DNA from: Patescibacteria group bacterium
GTDB lineage: Bacteria; Patescibacteriota; JAHJAL01
DNA: 64,000 bases
Direction: 5' to 3'
NCBI GenBank assembly: GCA_049322675.1
Contig: JBMORM010000025.1
Span: 64,520 to 128,519, forward strand
Positions 51,838 to 60,701 of this stretch are shown piece by piece. Made by a program: the position numbers and the translations under genes. The notes below the pieces were generated by a model, which was given only the letters and a program-made list of their open reading frames with translations, was not told the origin of the DNA and did not search any database. Each line of letters starts with the position of its first letter. Position 1 is the first letter of the stretch.

Positions 51838-53634
51838 ATGAGCGGACTTTTTGGTTATGTGGGAAAGAGACGGGCTTTGCCTGTGTTAATGCAAGGTTTA
51901 AAGTTGATGGATTCGTTTGCTTTTGATTCTTGTGGATTGTTGTTGAAAGATAGAAACAGAATATATACCAAGAGAATAATCGGGAGTGTAAATGATTTGG
52001 AAAGAAGTTTGATTGATTATCCGGGCCAGGAGAGGATGGGCGCGGTACACTTGCGTTGGGCAACGCACGGAAGTGTTGAGGAAAAAAACACTCATCCGAT
52101 AATGGATTGTGAAGGAAAGATTGCCGTGATGCATAAGGGGATGATATTAAACTATTTGGAATTGAAAGAAAAATTGGAGGTTGAGGGTCATGTTTTTAGA
52201 ACTGATACTGATTCTGAAGTGATTGCTCATTTGATAGAAAAAAATTATGGTGGGGATTTGTCGGTTGCAGTGAGAAAGGCATTATTGGAAGTTGATGGTA
52301 CGTATGGTTTGTTGGTTTTTCATGAAGATAACAATAAAGAGATGGTGGTGGCCAATGCGGGTATGGGGATGATTATCGGTTTGACAGAGGGTGAGTATAT
52401 GGTAGCGCTGGATGAAAGGGTTTTATTTCCGTTTACCGATAGGGTTATATATTTAAATGACGGCGAAATGTCGTCTATTTCAGAAAATGGGGTGATTAGT
52501 TCTTTGATTACTGGTGGAAGTATAAATGTAATTAATAAATTTGTAGAAAAAATAAAAAAATCAGATTCGGGATTAAACAATTATTTTGATAGTATTGAAA
52601 AGGAAATATTTAGTCAGCCGGAAATGGTGGAAAATATTCTGGCTGGTCGTATAGATTTGTCTAGCGCGACTGCTCATTTTGGCGGTTTGGGCAAATACAA
52701 GGATTTTTTAAGACAAATAAATCGAATAGTATTTGTTGGGTCGGGAAGTTCTTTTTTTGCGGCTTTGTTGGCCAAGGAGTTGATTGAAGATTATACGGCG
52801 ATTATGGTAAATAGTTATTCGGGGTTGCAGTTTAGATATAAAAGATTTAATTTGTCAAATGAAAAGACGGCTTTTTTTGTCATCAGCCAATCCGGTTCGA
52901 CCGACGATACTGTTGCTGCCTTGAGAGAAGCAAGGTTGTTGGGAGTGAATGTTTTTGGTATTACCAATACTGTTGGTAGTCCGGTAGCGAGAGAGACAAA
53001 TGCCGGTGTTTTTTTACATTCTGGTCCGAGTTTAGGTATGCCTTCGACTAGGTCTTTCTTGGCTCAATTGATAGCTTTGATTTTATTGTCGGTTTATATT
53101 GGTCGCTTAAAAGGATTGTCACCGAATACCGGGTTGGATATTTTGAGGTTATTAAAAAAATTACCTCAGGAACTGAAAATTGTTTTGGCTCAGTCTTTCT
53201 CTATTCGTGAAATTGTAAAAAAATATTGCGAGTCAAATATTTTCTTGGTAATTGGAGAAAAATATTGTCAGGCGATTGCCAGAGAGACGGCATTGATGTT
53301 GAGTGAGATAGGAGATGTGTCTGCTGAAGCTTCTTCTTTGAGTGAGGTAAAGTATGGAATGATTAATAAGATCAATGAAAATTTTTCGGTGATATGTTTA
53401 TTGCCTAGAGATTTGTTGTTTGAGGAAAATGTAAAAATGGCTAAGGCAATAAAAAATCAAGGAGCAAAGGTGATAATAGTAACTGATGAAAAAAATGAGG
53501 AGTTTGAAAAAGTTTTTAGCGACGTGATCTATGTGCCAAAGAGCAGAGATATCATTTCTCCGATTTTGTTTTTGATGGCATTGCAAATGTTTGTTTTTTA
53601 TTTGGGCAAGGAAAAAAATTCATTGATAGTGTAA
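51838..53634 (+). CDS. glmS: Glutamine--fructose-6-phosphate aminotransferase homologue (GlmS-like) with a substituted glutaminase active site
   Basis: It has the class-II amidotransferase N-terminal domain (RWATHG; TDTDSEVIAHL) plus two SIS domains. The N-terminus is MSGLFGYVG, not the canonical MCGIVG. The HNG motif is replaced by HKG. Confidence 0.75.
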   Translation: MSGLFGYVGKRRALPVLMQGLKLMDSFAFDSCGLLLKDRNRIYTKRIIGSVNDLERSLIDYPGQERMGAVHLRWATHGSVEEKNTHPIMDCEGKIAVMHKGMILNYLELKEKLEVEGHVFRTDTDSEVIAHLIEKNYGGDLSVAVRKALLEVDGTYGLLVFHEDNNKEMVVANAGMGMIIGLTEGEYMVALDERVLFPFTDRVIYLNDGEMSSISENGVISSLITGGSINVINKFVEKIKKSDSGLNNYFDSIEKEIFSQPEMVENILAGRIDLSSATAHFGGLGKYKDFLRQINRIVFVGSGSSFFAALLAKELIEDYTAIMVNSYSGLQFRYKRFNLSNEKTAFFVISQSGSTDDTVAALREARLLGVNVFGITNTVGSPVARETNAGVFLHSGPSLGMPSTRSFLAQLIALILLSVYIGRLKGLSPNTGLDILRLLKKLPQELKIVLAQSFSIREIVKKYCESNIFLVIGEKYCQAIARETALMLSEIGDVSAEASSLSEVKYGMINKINENFSVICLLPRDLLFEENVKMAKAIKNQGAKVIIVTDEKNEEFEKVFSDVIYVPKSRDIISPILFLMALQMFVFYLGKEKNSLIV

Positions 53635-53661
53635 AATAAAGTAGTTGAGCTAATTTTTTTT

Positions 53662-54819
53662 GTGAAAATAATAAAAATATTATTTGTTATTGTTTTGATG
53701 CTTTCTTCCTTTTTTTTAGGAAGTGCTGTTTCTATTAGTAAAAGTTTTGTTGAAAATAGTCATCAGAGTATTTTTAAACAATTTGTTGCCAATAGGGATA
53801 TAATAAATGAGATTCAAAGTTTGGTGGAAACGGATTTTATTGGTGAAGTTGACACGAAGCAGATGTTCGATCAAGCAGTAAAAGGTATGATATACGGTTT
53901 AAATGATCCATATACCGAGTACTACAATGCAGCGGAGGCAAAAGCGTTTTGGGACGATTTGAATGGTAATTTTGAAGGCATAGGTGTTGAAATAAGTAAT
54001 TCTGATGGTCGGGCTTTGGTAATGAGTGTATTGGACAATTCTCCGGCAAAAAAATCAGGTTTATTGAAAGGAGATGTGGTTTTATTGGTGGATGAAATTG
54101 ATGTGGAAGGTATGACAATAGGAGAAATTGCCAGTAAAATAAAAGGAGCAGCTGGGACTGTGGTAAAATTGAAAGTATTGAGAAATCAAGAGTTATTGGA
54201 TTTTTCTATAGAGCGAGCGGAGGTAGTTGCGGAGAGTGTAATGACTTATATACAAGACGATGTTTTGATTTTGCGTTTTTTGCGTTTCGATGAAGATACT
54301 GATTTGGAATTGAAAAACAAGATACAAGGTTACGATTTGTCAAAAATAAGGGGCATTATTGTCGATGTTCGAGGAAATCCGGGAGGTTATTTTGATTCGG
54401 CAATAAAAGTGTCTGACCTTTTTTTGAAGGAAGGCTTAATAGTTAGCGAGAGACACAAAGACCAGTCAAAGGAAGATTGGAAAGCAAAAGAAGGTGATAT
54501 TTTTGAAGATCAAAAAATTGTTGTATTGATTGATGAATATTCTGCCAGCGCTTCGGAAATATTGGCAGGGGCTATTAGTGACAATGACCGGGGTGAGTTG
54601 GTGGGAAAAAAGACATATGGTAAGGGTTCGGTGCAAACTGTAGAGGAGCTTAGTGATGGCTCGATATTAAAGATAACTTCTGGTGAGTGGTTGACTCCCA
54701 AGGGATTAAATTTACGCAAGGATGGAATATTACCCGATTTAGAAGTTGATTTGCAGGATTTGAAAGATGATTTACAATTGAAGAAGGGCATGGAGTTGTT
54801 ATTAGATAAAACTAAATAA
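53662..54819 (+). CDS. ctpA: Carboxy-terminal processing protease (S41 family) with PDZ domain
   Basis: The protein has a signal peptide. The PDZ domain reads GIGVEISNSDGRALVMSVLDNSPAKKSGLLKGDVV. The S41 core reads SASASEILAGA...TYGKGSVQ. Confidence 0.8.
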   Translation: MKIIKILFVIVLMLSSFFLGSAVSISKSFVENSHQSIFKQFVANRDIINEIQSLVETDFIGEVDTKQMFDQAVKGMIYGLNDPYTEYYNAAEAKAFWDDLNGNFEGIGVEISNSDGRALVMSVLDNSPAKKSGLLKGDVVLLVDEIDVEGMTIGEIASKIKGAAGTVVKLKVLRNQELLDFSIERAEVVAESVMTYIQDDVLILRFLRFDEDTDLELKNKIQGYDLSKIRGIIVDVRGNPGGYFDSAIKVSDLFLKEGLIVSERHKDQSKEDWKAKEGDIFEDQKIVVLIDEYSASASEILAGAISDNDRGELVGKKTYGKGSVQTVEELSDGSILKITSGEWLTPKGLNLRKDGILPDLEVDLQDLKDDLQLKKGMELLLDKTK

Positions 54820-54836
54820 AATGATAAAGGAAAATT

Positions 54837-55283
54837 ATGAAAGTAATGTTATTGGACAGTGTGCCAAAATTGGGAAAGATGGGAGATATAGTGGATGTTT
54901 CAGATGGTTATGCTCGCAATTATTTATTGTTGCGTAGGTTAGCGGTACTAGCTACTGATTCACAGATAAAAAAACAAAGCGAAATGATTGCTAAAAGAAA
55001 GGCGGCCATAGATTTGGAGAAAGAAAAATTCCAGCAGTTACTTGCTAGCTTATCTGGGAGAGTGGTTAATTTAAAAAGAAAAGCTACAAGTGATGGTAAA
55101 CTTTTTGGCAAAGTAACTGCAGTTGATATAAAAAAAGAGTTAACCGTGGCTGGGTTTGATATGTCTGAAATCGAAGTGGACGCTGGTAATATTTCTAAAG
55201 TGTTGGGAGAATATGAGGTTGACTTGACTTATGACGCTGAACTCAAGACAAAAATTAAAGTAATAATTGATAAAGAGGAATAA
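54837..55283 (+). CDS. rplI: 50S ribosomal protein L9
   Basis: The N-terminus is MKVMLLDSVPKLGKMGDIVDVSDGYARNYLL. The length is 148 aa. Confidence 0.85.
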   Translation: MKVMLLDSVPKLGKMGDIVDVSDGYARNYLLLRRLAVLATDSQIKKQSEMIAKRKAAIDLEKEKFQQLLASLSGRVVNLKRKATSDGKLFGKVTAVDIKKELTVAGFDMSEIEVDAGNISKVLGEYEVDLTYDAELKTKIKVIIDKEE

Positions 55284-55295
55284 TAAAAGTAAATT

Positions 55296-55622
55296 ATGGG
55301 AATAATTGATCAGGCTAAACAAAAGTTTAGCGATGCTAAGCAGTTGTATAAATTGCAGAGTCAGGCAAAGGCGATTCAAAAAGAATTGCGCGATTTGTTG
55401 ATAGAGGCATCTTCATTGGATGGTAGAGTTTCTGTTGTTTTTAATGGTGAACAAAAACTGGAAGAGATTCATATTGATGATTCTTTGATGGTTGCCGGAG
55501 GAACGGCCATTTTGGAAAAAGGTTTGCGGGATGCAATTACTCAGGCTTTGAAAAAATCTCAACAGGTTGCAGCAGAAAAGATGAAGGAAGTTGCTGGTCA
55601 ACTAGGTATTCCTGGTTTGTAA
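55296..55622 (+). CDS. ybaB: Nucleoid-associated protein YbaB/EbfC
   Basis: The protein is 108 aa and reads QKELRDLLIEASSLDGRVSVVFNGEQKLEEIHIDDSL. Confidence 0.8.
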   Translation: MGIIDQAKQKFSDAKQLYKLQSQAKAIQKELRDLLIEASSLDGRVSVVFNGEQKLEEIHIDDSLMVAGGTAILEKGLRDAITQALKKSQQVAAEKMKEVAGQLGIPGL

Positions 55623-55632
55623 TTTTTGATTA

Positions 55633-56235
55633 ATGAAAATTATAGTTGGTTTAGGTAATCCGGGGATTGAATATGAAATGACTCGACATAATGTTGGGTT
55701 TTTGGTGGTGGATCAGATTGCAAATATTGAGAAGATTGATGGTTGGAAGGAAAAACGGAATTTAAATTGTAAGATTACCGAGTGGACGTTTGATGAAAAG
55801 ATTTTTCTGATTAAACCGACTACTTTTATGAATAATTCAGGGATTGCCGTGTCCAAGGTTTTAGAATATTACAAGTTGACTATAGATGATTTGTTGGTGA
55901 TTCACGATGATATGGATATTGAGTTTGGTGATATAAGAATAAAAAATGGTGGTGGTACTGCTGGTCATCATGGATTGGAATCAATAGTATCCTATTTGGG
56001 AAGTGAAAAATTTTTAAGGATTAGGGTTGGGATTGGAAAAAAAGGTAACAATGTTTTGTCTTCTGATAAAGGCGGGAAACATGTTGTGGGCAAATTTAAC
56101 GATGAGGAAATAAAAAAACTACCCGGTGTTATTGGTCGGGTAGTTGAAGCTGTAAAATGTTGTTTTCGTTATGATTTGGATTATTGCATGACTGAATTCA
56201 ATAAAAAAATATCCGATAACCTGCTTATGGAGTGA
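55633..56235 (+). CDS. pth: Peptidyl-tRNA hydrolase
   Basis: The N-terminus is MKIIVGLGNPGIEYEMTRHNVGF. Confidence 0.9.
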   Translation: MKIIVGLGNPGIEYEMTRHNVGFLVVDQIANIEKIDGWKEKRNLNCKITEWTFDEKIFLIKPTTFMNNSGIAVSKVLEYYKLTIDDLLVIHDDMDIEFGDIRIKNGGGTAGHHGLESIVSYLGSEKFLRIRVGIGKKGNNVLSSDKGGKHVVGKFNDEEIKKLPGVIGRVVEAVKCCFRYDLDYCMTEFNKKISDNLLME

Positions 56236-56365
56236 AATTAGCTCAAAGGAGGGCAAAAAAGCTAATTGGCTCCATAAGCAAGTTGCCGGATATTTGTTAA
56301 AAATTATTCTTTGTCGTTCTTCAATTTATAAATTATCATGCATTTTGTAAAATGTCAAGGATTTA

Positions 56366-59300
56366 GTGATGGATATTATTGATATATCTGATAATTTGGC
56401 TAATATTTCTCGAGTTTGGAAAAGGTTTAAACAAAATATTGAAACAAAACAAAAGGTATATATTAATATGCCTCAGGATGAGTATTTTTCCTGGGTGTTG
56501 GCTGCATGCACAAAGAAAATTGACTTAAATATAATTGTTTGTCGGGATCATGTTTGGGTGAGTAGAATAGAAGGCGATTTGTTGAGCAATGGTTTGATGG
56601 ATGTGGTTGCTTTGCCAAGTCCCTGGAGTCAAATGTCTAGAGAAGAAATGTCGATTTTATCCAAGAAAATTGATGTCATTTTGAAGAAAAATAGTGGTTA
56701 TTTTATTATTGCGGCCGAAGATATTTCCTCCGGTTGGGAATATAAGTGGTTAAATGGTTTGTCAGTTTGCGCAAAATCGAATTATCGTTTTTCTGATTTG
56801 AGTAGCAGTTTGGTTGAGGCCGGATATTTGCGTGTGACAAAAGTTATGGAGCAGGGAGAATTTTCTGTAATAGGTGATATGTGGCAGATATGGGGGATTG
56901 GCGAGGAAAAGCCATATTTGTTGTATTTTGAGAACAACTTGTTGGATAAAATTGAGTTGGGAAAGAAAAAATTGCCTGATGCCAAATTACGGGGACAGTT
57001 GGTTAGAACAGGAGAGAGAGAAGATATATTGGATTGGATATTAAAGTTGGAAATTGGTAGAGTGGTGTATTTCGGTTTAGATGAAGACATCAAGGAGGTA
57101 TTACCGGGAAAAAAAATTTGGGTAAATTGTTTGAACAAAAATCAAAAAGACACATTATTTTTGCCAATGAGCGGTTTTGGTTGGGTTTTTGGAGGGAGGG
57201 ACAATTTTATAAATGCGATCAATAAAAAACAACCAACTAAAAATTTGATTATCAGTGAACATGAATCTGAAGTGAAAAAGTGGGTTAATGAAGATGGTTT
57301 TAATGATCGTGATTTTAAATTTTTCTTGTCAAAAATGGCGATTGGAGGATGGTTGGATGAGGAAAAAATATTGATTTGGACAGATAGAGAATTGTTTCGA
57401 GCAAGACAAAATGATTTTGCCGTCAAAACAAAATCAAAAAAAGATATAAACTGGCAAAAATTGGTTCAATTTCATGTGGGCGATTTGGTTGTTCATAGTG
57501 ACCACGGAATAGGCTTGTTAAAGGATTTTGTTACAAAAGATATCGCTGGTGTGGTGAAAGATTATTTTGTGGTGTCCTATGCCAAAGGAGATTTATTGTA
57601 TGTTCCGATTGAACAATTGAATAAGTTGGCCAAATATGTTGGTTCAAAATTAATTAAGTTAAATAGATTGGGTAGTGTAGTTTGGGGGAAAAGAAAAAGA
57701 AAGGCGTTCAAACAAGTTGAAAAAATGGCCAAGGAATTGTTGCGACTATATGCTAAGAGAAAATTAATAAGGCGAAAACCGTATTTTGTTGCTGATGATA
57801 TGATTGAAAAATTGGATGTGGGGTTTGGATATGAATTGACGATTGATCAGCAGGATGCTTTGAAAGATATAAATGAAGATTTGGAAAGAAATTTTCCTAT
57901 GGATCGTTTGTTGTGTGGTGATGTTGGTTTTGGAAAAACTGAGATCGCTATCAGAGCGGCGGCAAAGGTAGCAATAAGTGGAAAGCAGGTAGCGGTGTTG
58001 GTGCCAACTACCGTATTGGCTGAACAGCACTATATTACTTTTTTAGAAAGATTAAAAGAATTAAAAATTAGAGTGGATGTGTTGAGTCGGATGCGCGATA
58101 AAGATTATCAAAAAAATGTACTATCAGGGATACAAAATGGAAAAATACAAGTTTTGATTGGAACTCATCGTTTATTACAACGAGATGTTGTTTTTAAAGA
58201 TTTAGGTTTGATCGTAATTGACGAGGAACAAAAATTTGGTGTAAGAGCAAAAGAGCAGTTGAAAAAACTTCGTTACGAGATTGATGTATTGAGTATGAGT
58301 GCGACGCCTATTCCCAGAACTTTGAATATGTCGATGGGCGGAGTGAGAGATTTAAGTATTTTAGAGACTCCTCCCTTGGGTCGTCGTTCGGTGGAAACGA
58401 ATGTAATGCCATATTCTTCTCAAGTAGTTTTGAATGCAGTTGAAAGGGAAGTGGTCAGAGGAGGTCAGGTGTTTGTGGTACATAATCGAGTTAGAACAAT
58501 TGATAGTGTTGTGAGCGAGTTGGTTAATATTTTGGGAGAGAAAATAAAGATAGGGGTTGCTCATGGTCAAATGTCGGAAAAACAATTGGCAATGGCCATG
58601 AATAAATTTGCTAAGAATGAATATAATGTTTTGGTGGCGACAACGATTGTGGAAAATGGTTTGGATTTGCCCAATGTGAATACTTTGATTGTAGAAAACG
58701 CGACTGGATTGGGCTTGTCTCAGTTGTATCAGTTGCGAGGAAGGGTTGGGCGTTCTTCAAAAAAAGCATATGCATATTTTTTCTATCGAAGTGAGAAACT
58801 TAAGGATAAGGCCAAACAACGTTTGGATGCTTTGGCATCGGCTAAAGAATTGGGAAGCGGTTTGAAATTGGCAATTGCTGATATGGAAATACGAGGCGTA
58901 GGAAATATTTTGGGAATTCAGCAACATGGAAACGCCTATGCAGTGGGTTTGGGGATGTTTTTAGATATGTTGGGCGAAATGGTGGAAAAATTAAAAGAGA
59001 ATCAGAATTTTGAGGATATTATGAAGGAAAAAGAAGTGGTAATAGATTTGCCGGTTAGTTTTTCGATTCCTAGATACTATGTTGAAAAAATGGAGGAAAG
59101 GATATTACTGGAACAAAAAATTTCTGCCCAGATAGATTTGGAAAGCGTGGATGAAATTGCTAAAAGAGTGATAGAGAGGCATGGTCCTTTGCCCGATGAG
59201 TGCTCAAATTTATTTAAAATCGTGAAAATTAGAATATTGGCGGAAAGAATGCAGATTAGGCAGTTGGTTACAAGAACACAAACGCTGGTGAATGGCGCAA

Positions 59301-59488
59301 GGGAAAATAATTTATTTATTACTTTTGATGACGAAATCAGTCTTGACTGGGTACAATATCTCTTTAATTTGAATAGTAATTGGGTGTTTCGGAATAACGA
59401 AGCCAGAATTGATTTAAGTAAAATTTCAAAAAACATTATTGATTGGTTGTTGGATGTCTTGGTGAAGAAAAATCAAGTTGGTATTTAA
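56366..59488 (+). CDS. mfd: Transcription-repair coupling factor Mfd (shortened N-terminal region)
   Basis: The CarD/TRCF motif is VVHSDHGIGLL. The helicase motif I is GDVGFGKTE and motif II is DEEQKFG. A C-terminal TRCF domain is present. The length is 1040 aa. Confidence 0.8.
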   Translation: MMDIIDISDNLANISRVWKRFKQNIETKQKVYINMPQDEYFSWVLAACTKKIDLNIIVCRDHVWVSRIEGDLLSNGLMDVVALPSPWSQMSREEMSILSKKIDVILKKNSGYFIIAAEDISSGWEYKWLNGLSVCAKSNYRFSDLSSSLVEAGYLRVTKVMEQGEFSVIGDMWQIWGIGEEKPYLLYFENNLLDKIELGKKKLPDAKLRGQLVRTGEREDILDWILKLEIGRVVYFGLDEDIKEVLPGKKIWVNCLNKNQKDTLFLPMSGFGWVFGGRDNFINAINKKQPTKNLIISEHESEVKKWVNEDGFNDRDFKFFLSKMAIGGWLDEEKILIWTDRELFRARQNDFAVKTKSKKDINWQKLVQFHVGDLVVHSDHGIGLLKDFVTKDIAGVVKDYFVVSYAKGDLLYVPIEQLNKLAKYVGSKLIKLNRLGSVVWGKRKRKAFKQVEKMAKELLRLYAKRKLIRRKPYFVADDMIEKLDVGFGYELTIDQQDALKDINEDLERNFPMDRLLCGDVGFGKTEIAIRAAAKVAISGKQVAVLVPTTVLAEQHYITFLERLKELKIRVDVLSRMRDKDYQKNVLSGIQNGKIQVLIGTHRLLQRDVVFKDLGLIVIDEEQKFGVRAKEQLKKLRYEIDVLSMSATPIPRTLNMSMGGVRDLSILETPPLGRRSVETNVMPYSSQVVLNAVEREVVRGGQVFVVHNRVRTIDSVVSELVNILGEKIKIGVAHGQMSEKQLAMAMNKFAKNEYNVLVATTIVENGLDLPNVNTLIVENATGLGLSQLYQLRGRVGRSSKKAYAYFFYRSEKLKDKAKQRLDALASAKELGSGLKLAIADMEIRGVGNILGIQQHGNAYAVGLGMFLDMLGEMVEKLKENQNFEDIMKEKEVVIDLPVSFSIPRYYVEKMEERILLEQKISAQIDLESVDEIAKRVIERHGPLPDECSNLFKIVKIRILAERMQIRQLVTRTQTLVNGARENNLFITFDDEISLDWVQYLFNLNSNWVFRNNEARIDLSKISKNIIDWLLDVLVKKNQVGI

Positions 59489-59572
59489 TCGGAAATTAAT
59501 TTTTCTTTTAATAGTTATTCATTTTGAAATTGGTAGTATAAGTGGTATATGAATAATTATTAAAATTTTTAA

Positions 59573-60667
59573 TTGATGTTTACCGAACGTCAAGCGATAG
59601 TGATTTTTTCTTTCTGTGAAGGATTTGGAATCAAAAAAATCGAGAAAATTAGACGATATTTTGGAAGTATTGCGGCGGGATTAAATTGTCATAGTATTAG
59701 AGAGTGGTCTCAAACAGGATTGTCGGCCAAAGAGATAGAAAAGTGGTTTGATTTTAGAAAAAATGGTGCTTGGGAGGAAAGAATATTATCTCTTGAAAAA
59801 AATGTTTCATTTTTTACTTATGTCGATGATGATTATCCTTTGTTATTGAGAGAAATTCATAGTTCGCCTTTGGTGTTGTACTATAAAGGAAATTGGTCTC
59901 TTTTAAAAAAGAAATGTTTGGCGGTGGTGGGTACGAGAAAATCAACTGATTATAGTAAGAAGATTATTGATGCTTGGATTCCTGCTTTGGTTAAAAATAA
60001 TATTGTGATTGTAAGCGGTTTGGCATTGGGAGTTGATAGTCTGGCTCATGATTTTTGTTTAAAAAACAATGGCATGACTGTTGCGGTGTTGGCGGGTGGA
60101 TTTGACCAAATTTATCCGGTTATCAATCGGGGTTTGGCGGGGAAAATATTGGAACAAGGAGGATTGTTGTTGAGTGAATATCCGCCTGATTACAAGGCTT
60201 TGCCATTCAATTTTCCTGCTAGAAATAGAATAGTTAGTGGAGTGTCGGCGGGAGTTTTGGTGACTGAAGCTCCGGAAAAAAGTGGAGCCATGATTACTGC
60301 TTATATGGCAATTGAACAAAATCGTTCGGTGATGGCAGTTGGAGGAAATATTTTTGGTTTTTCCAGTCAAGGGTGCAATAAGCTCATCCAACAAGGAGCT
60401 TTGTTTGTGAGCAAAGTTGATGATATATTATTGGAATTGGGTATAAATAATTGTAATTTGAAATCCGCGAGTAAAAGAAGTAATTTTCAGCCGAGAAGTG
60501 AAACTGAGGCAAAAATTTATCAATTATTGAATGATGGAGAAAAATGTATTGATGAATTGTGTTTATTGACTGATTTGGGTTCGGATGAAATAATTTCGGT
60601 ATTAAATATTTTGAGTTTGGAAGGATATATCGAAGAGTTGTCGGGTGGAAGGTGGTCGGTAATCTAG
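59573..60667 (+). CDS. dprA: DNA-processing protein DprA/Smf
   Basis: The Rossmann core reads AVVGTRKSTDYS...VSGLALGVDSLAHDFCL...AVLAGGFDQIYP. A C-terminal wHTH domain is present. Confidence 0.85.
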   Translation: MMFTERQAIVIFSFCEGFGIKKIEKIRRYFGSIAAGLNCHSIREWSQTGLSAKEIEKWFDFRKNGAWEERILSLEKNVSFFTYVDDDYPLLLREIHSSPLVLYYKGNWSLLKKKCLAVVGTRKSTDYSKKIIDAWIPALVKNNIVIVSGLALGVDSLAHDFCLKNNGMTVAVLAGGFDQIYPVINRGLAGKILEQGGLLLSEYPPDYKALPFNFPARNRIVSGVSAGVLVTEAPEKSGAMITAYMAIEQNRSVMAVGGNIFGFSSQGCNKLIQQGALFVSKVDDILLELGINNCNLKSASKRSNFQPRSETEAKIYQLLNDGEKCIDELCLLTDLGSDEIISVLNILSLEGYIEELSGGRWSVI

Positions 60668-60701
60668 TTGCGTTATTTTAGAATGAATAATTATTATTGT
60701 T

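Noticed and set aside
56366-59488. Possibility that the 1040-aa helicase is RecG and not Mfd
   Set aside because: The HGIGLL CarD/RID-type motif upstream of the helicase core and the long C-terminal TRCF-like extension fit Mfd. RecG would instead have an N-terminal wedge domain and a shorter C-terminus.
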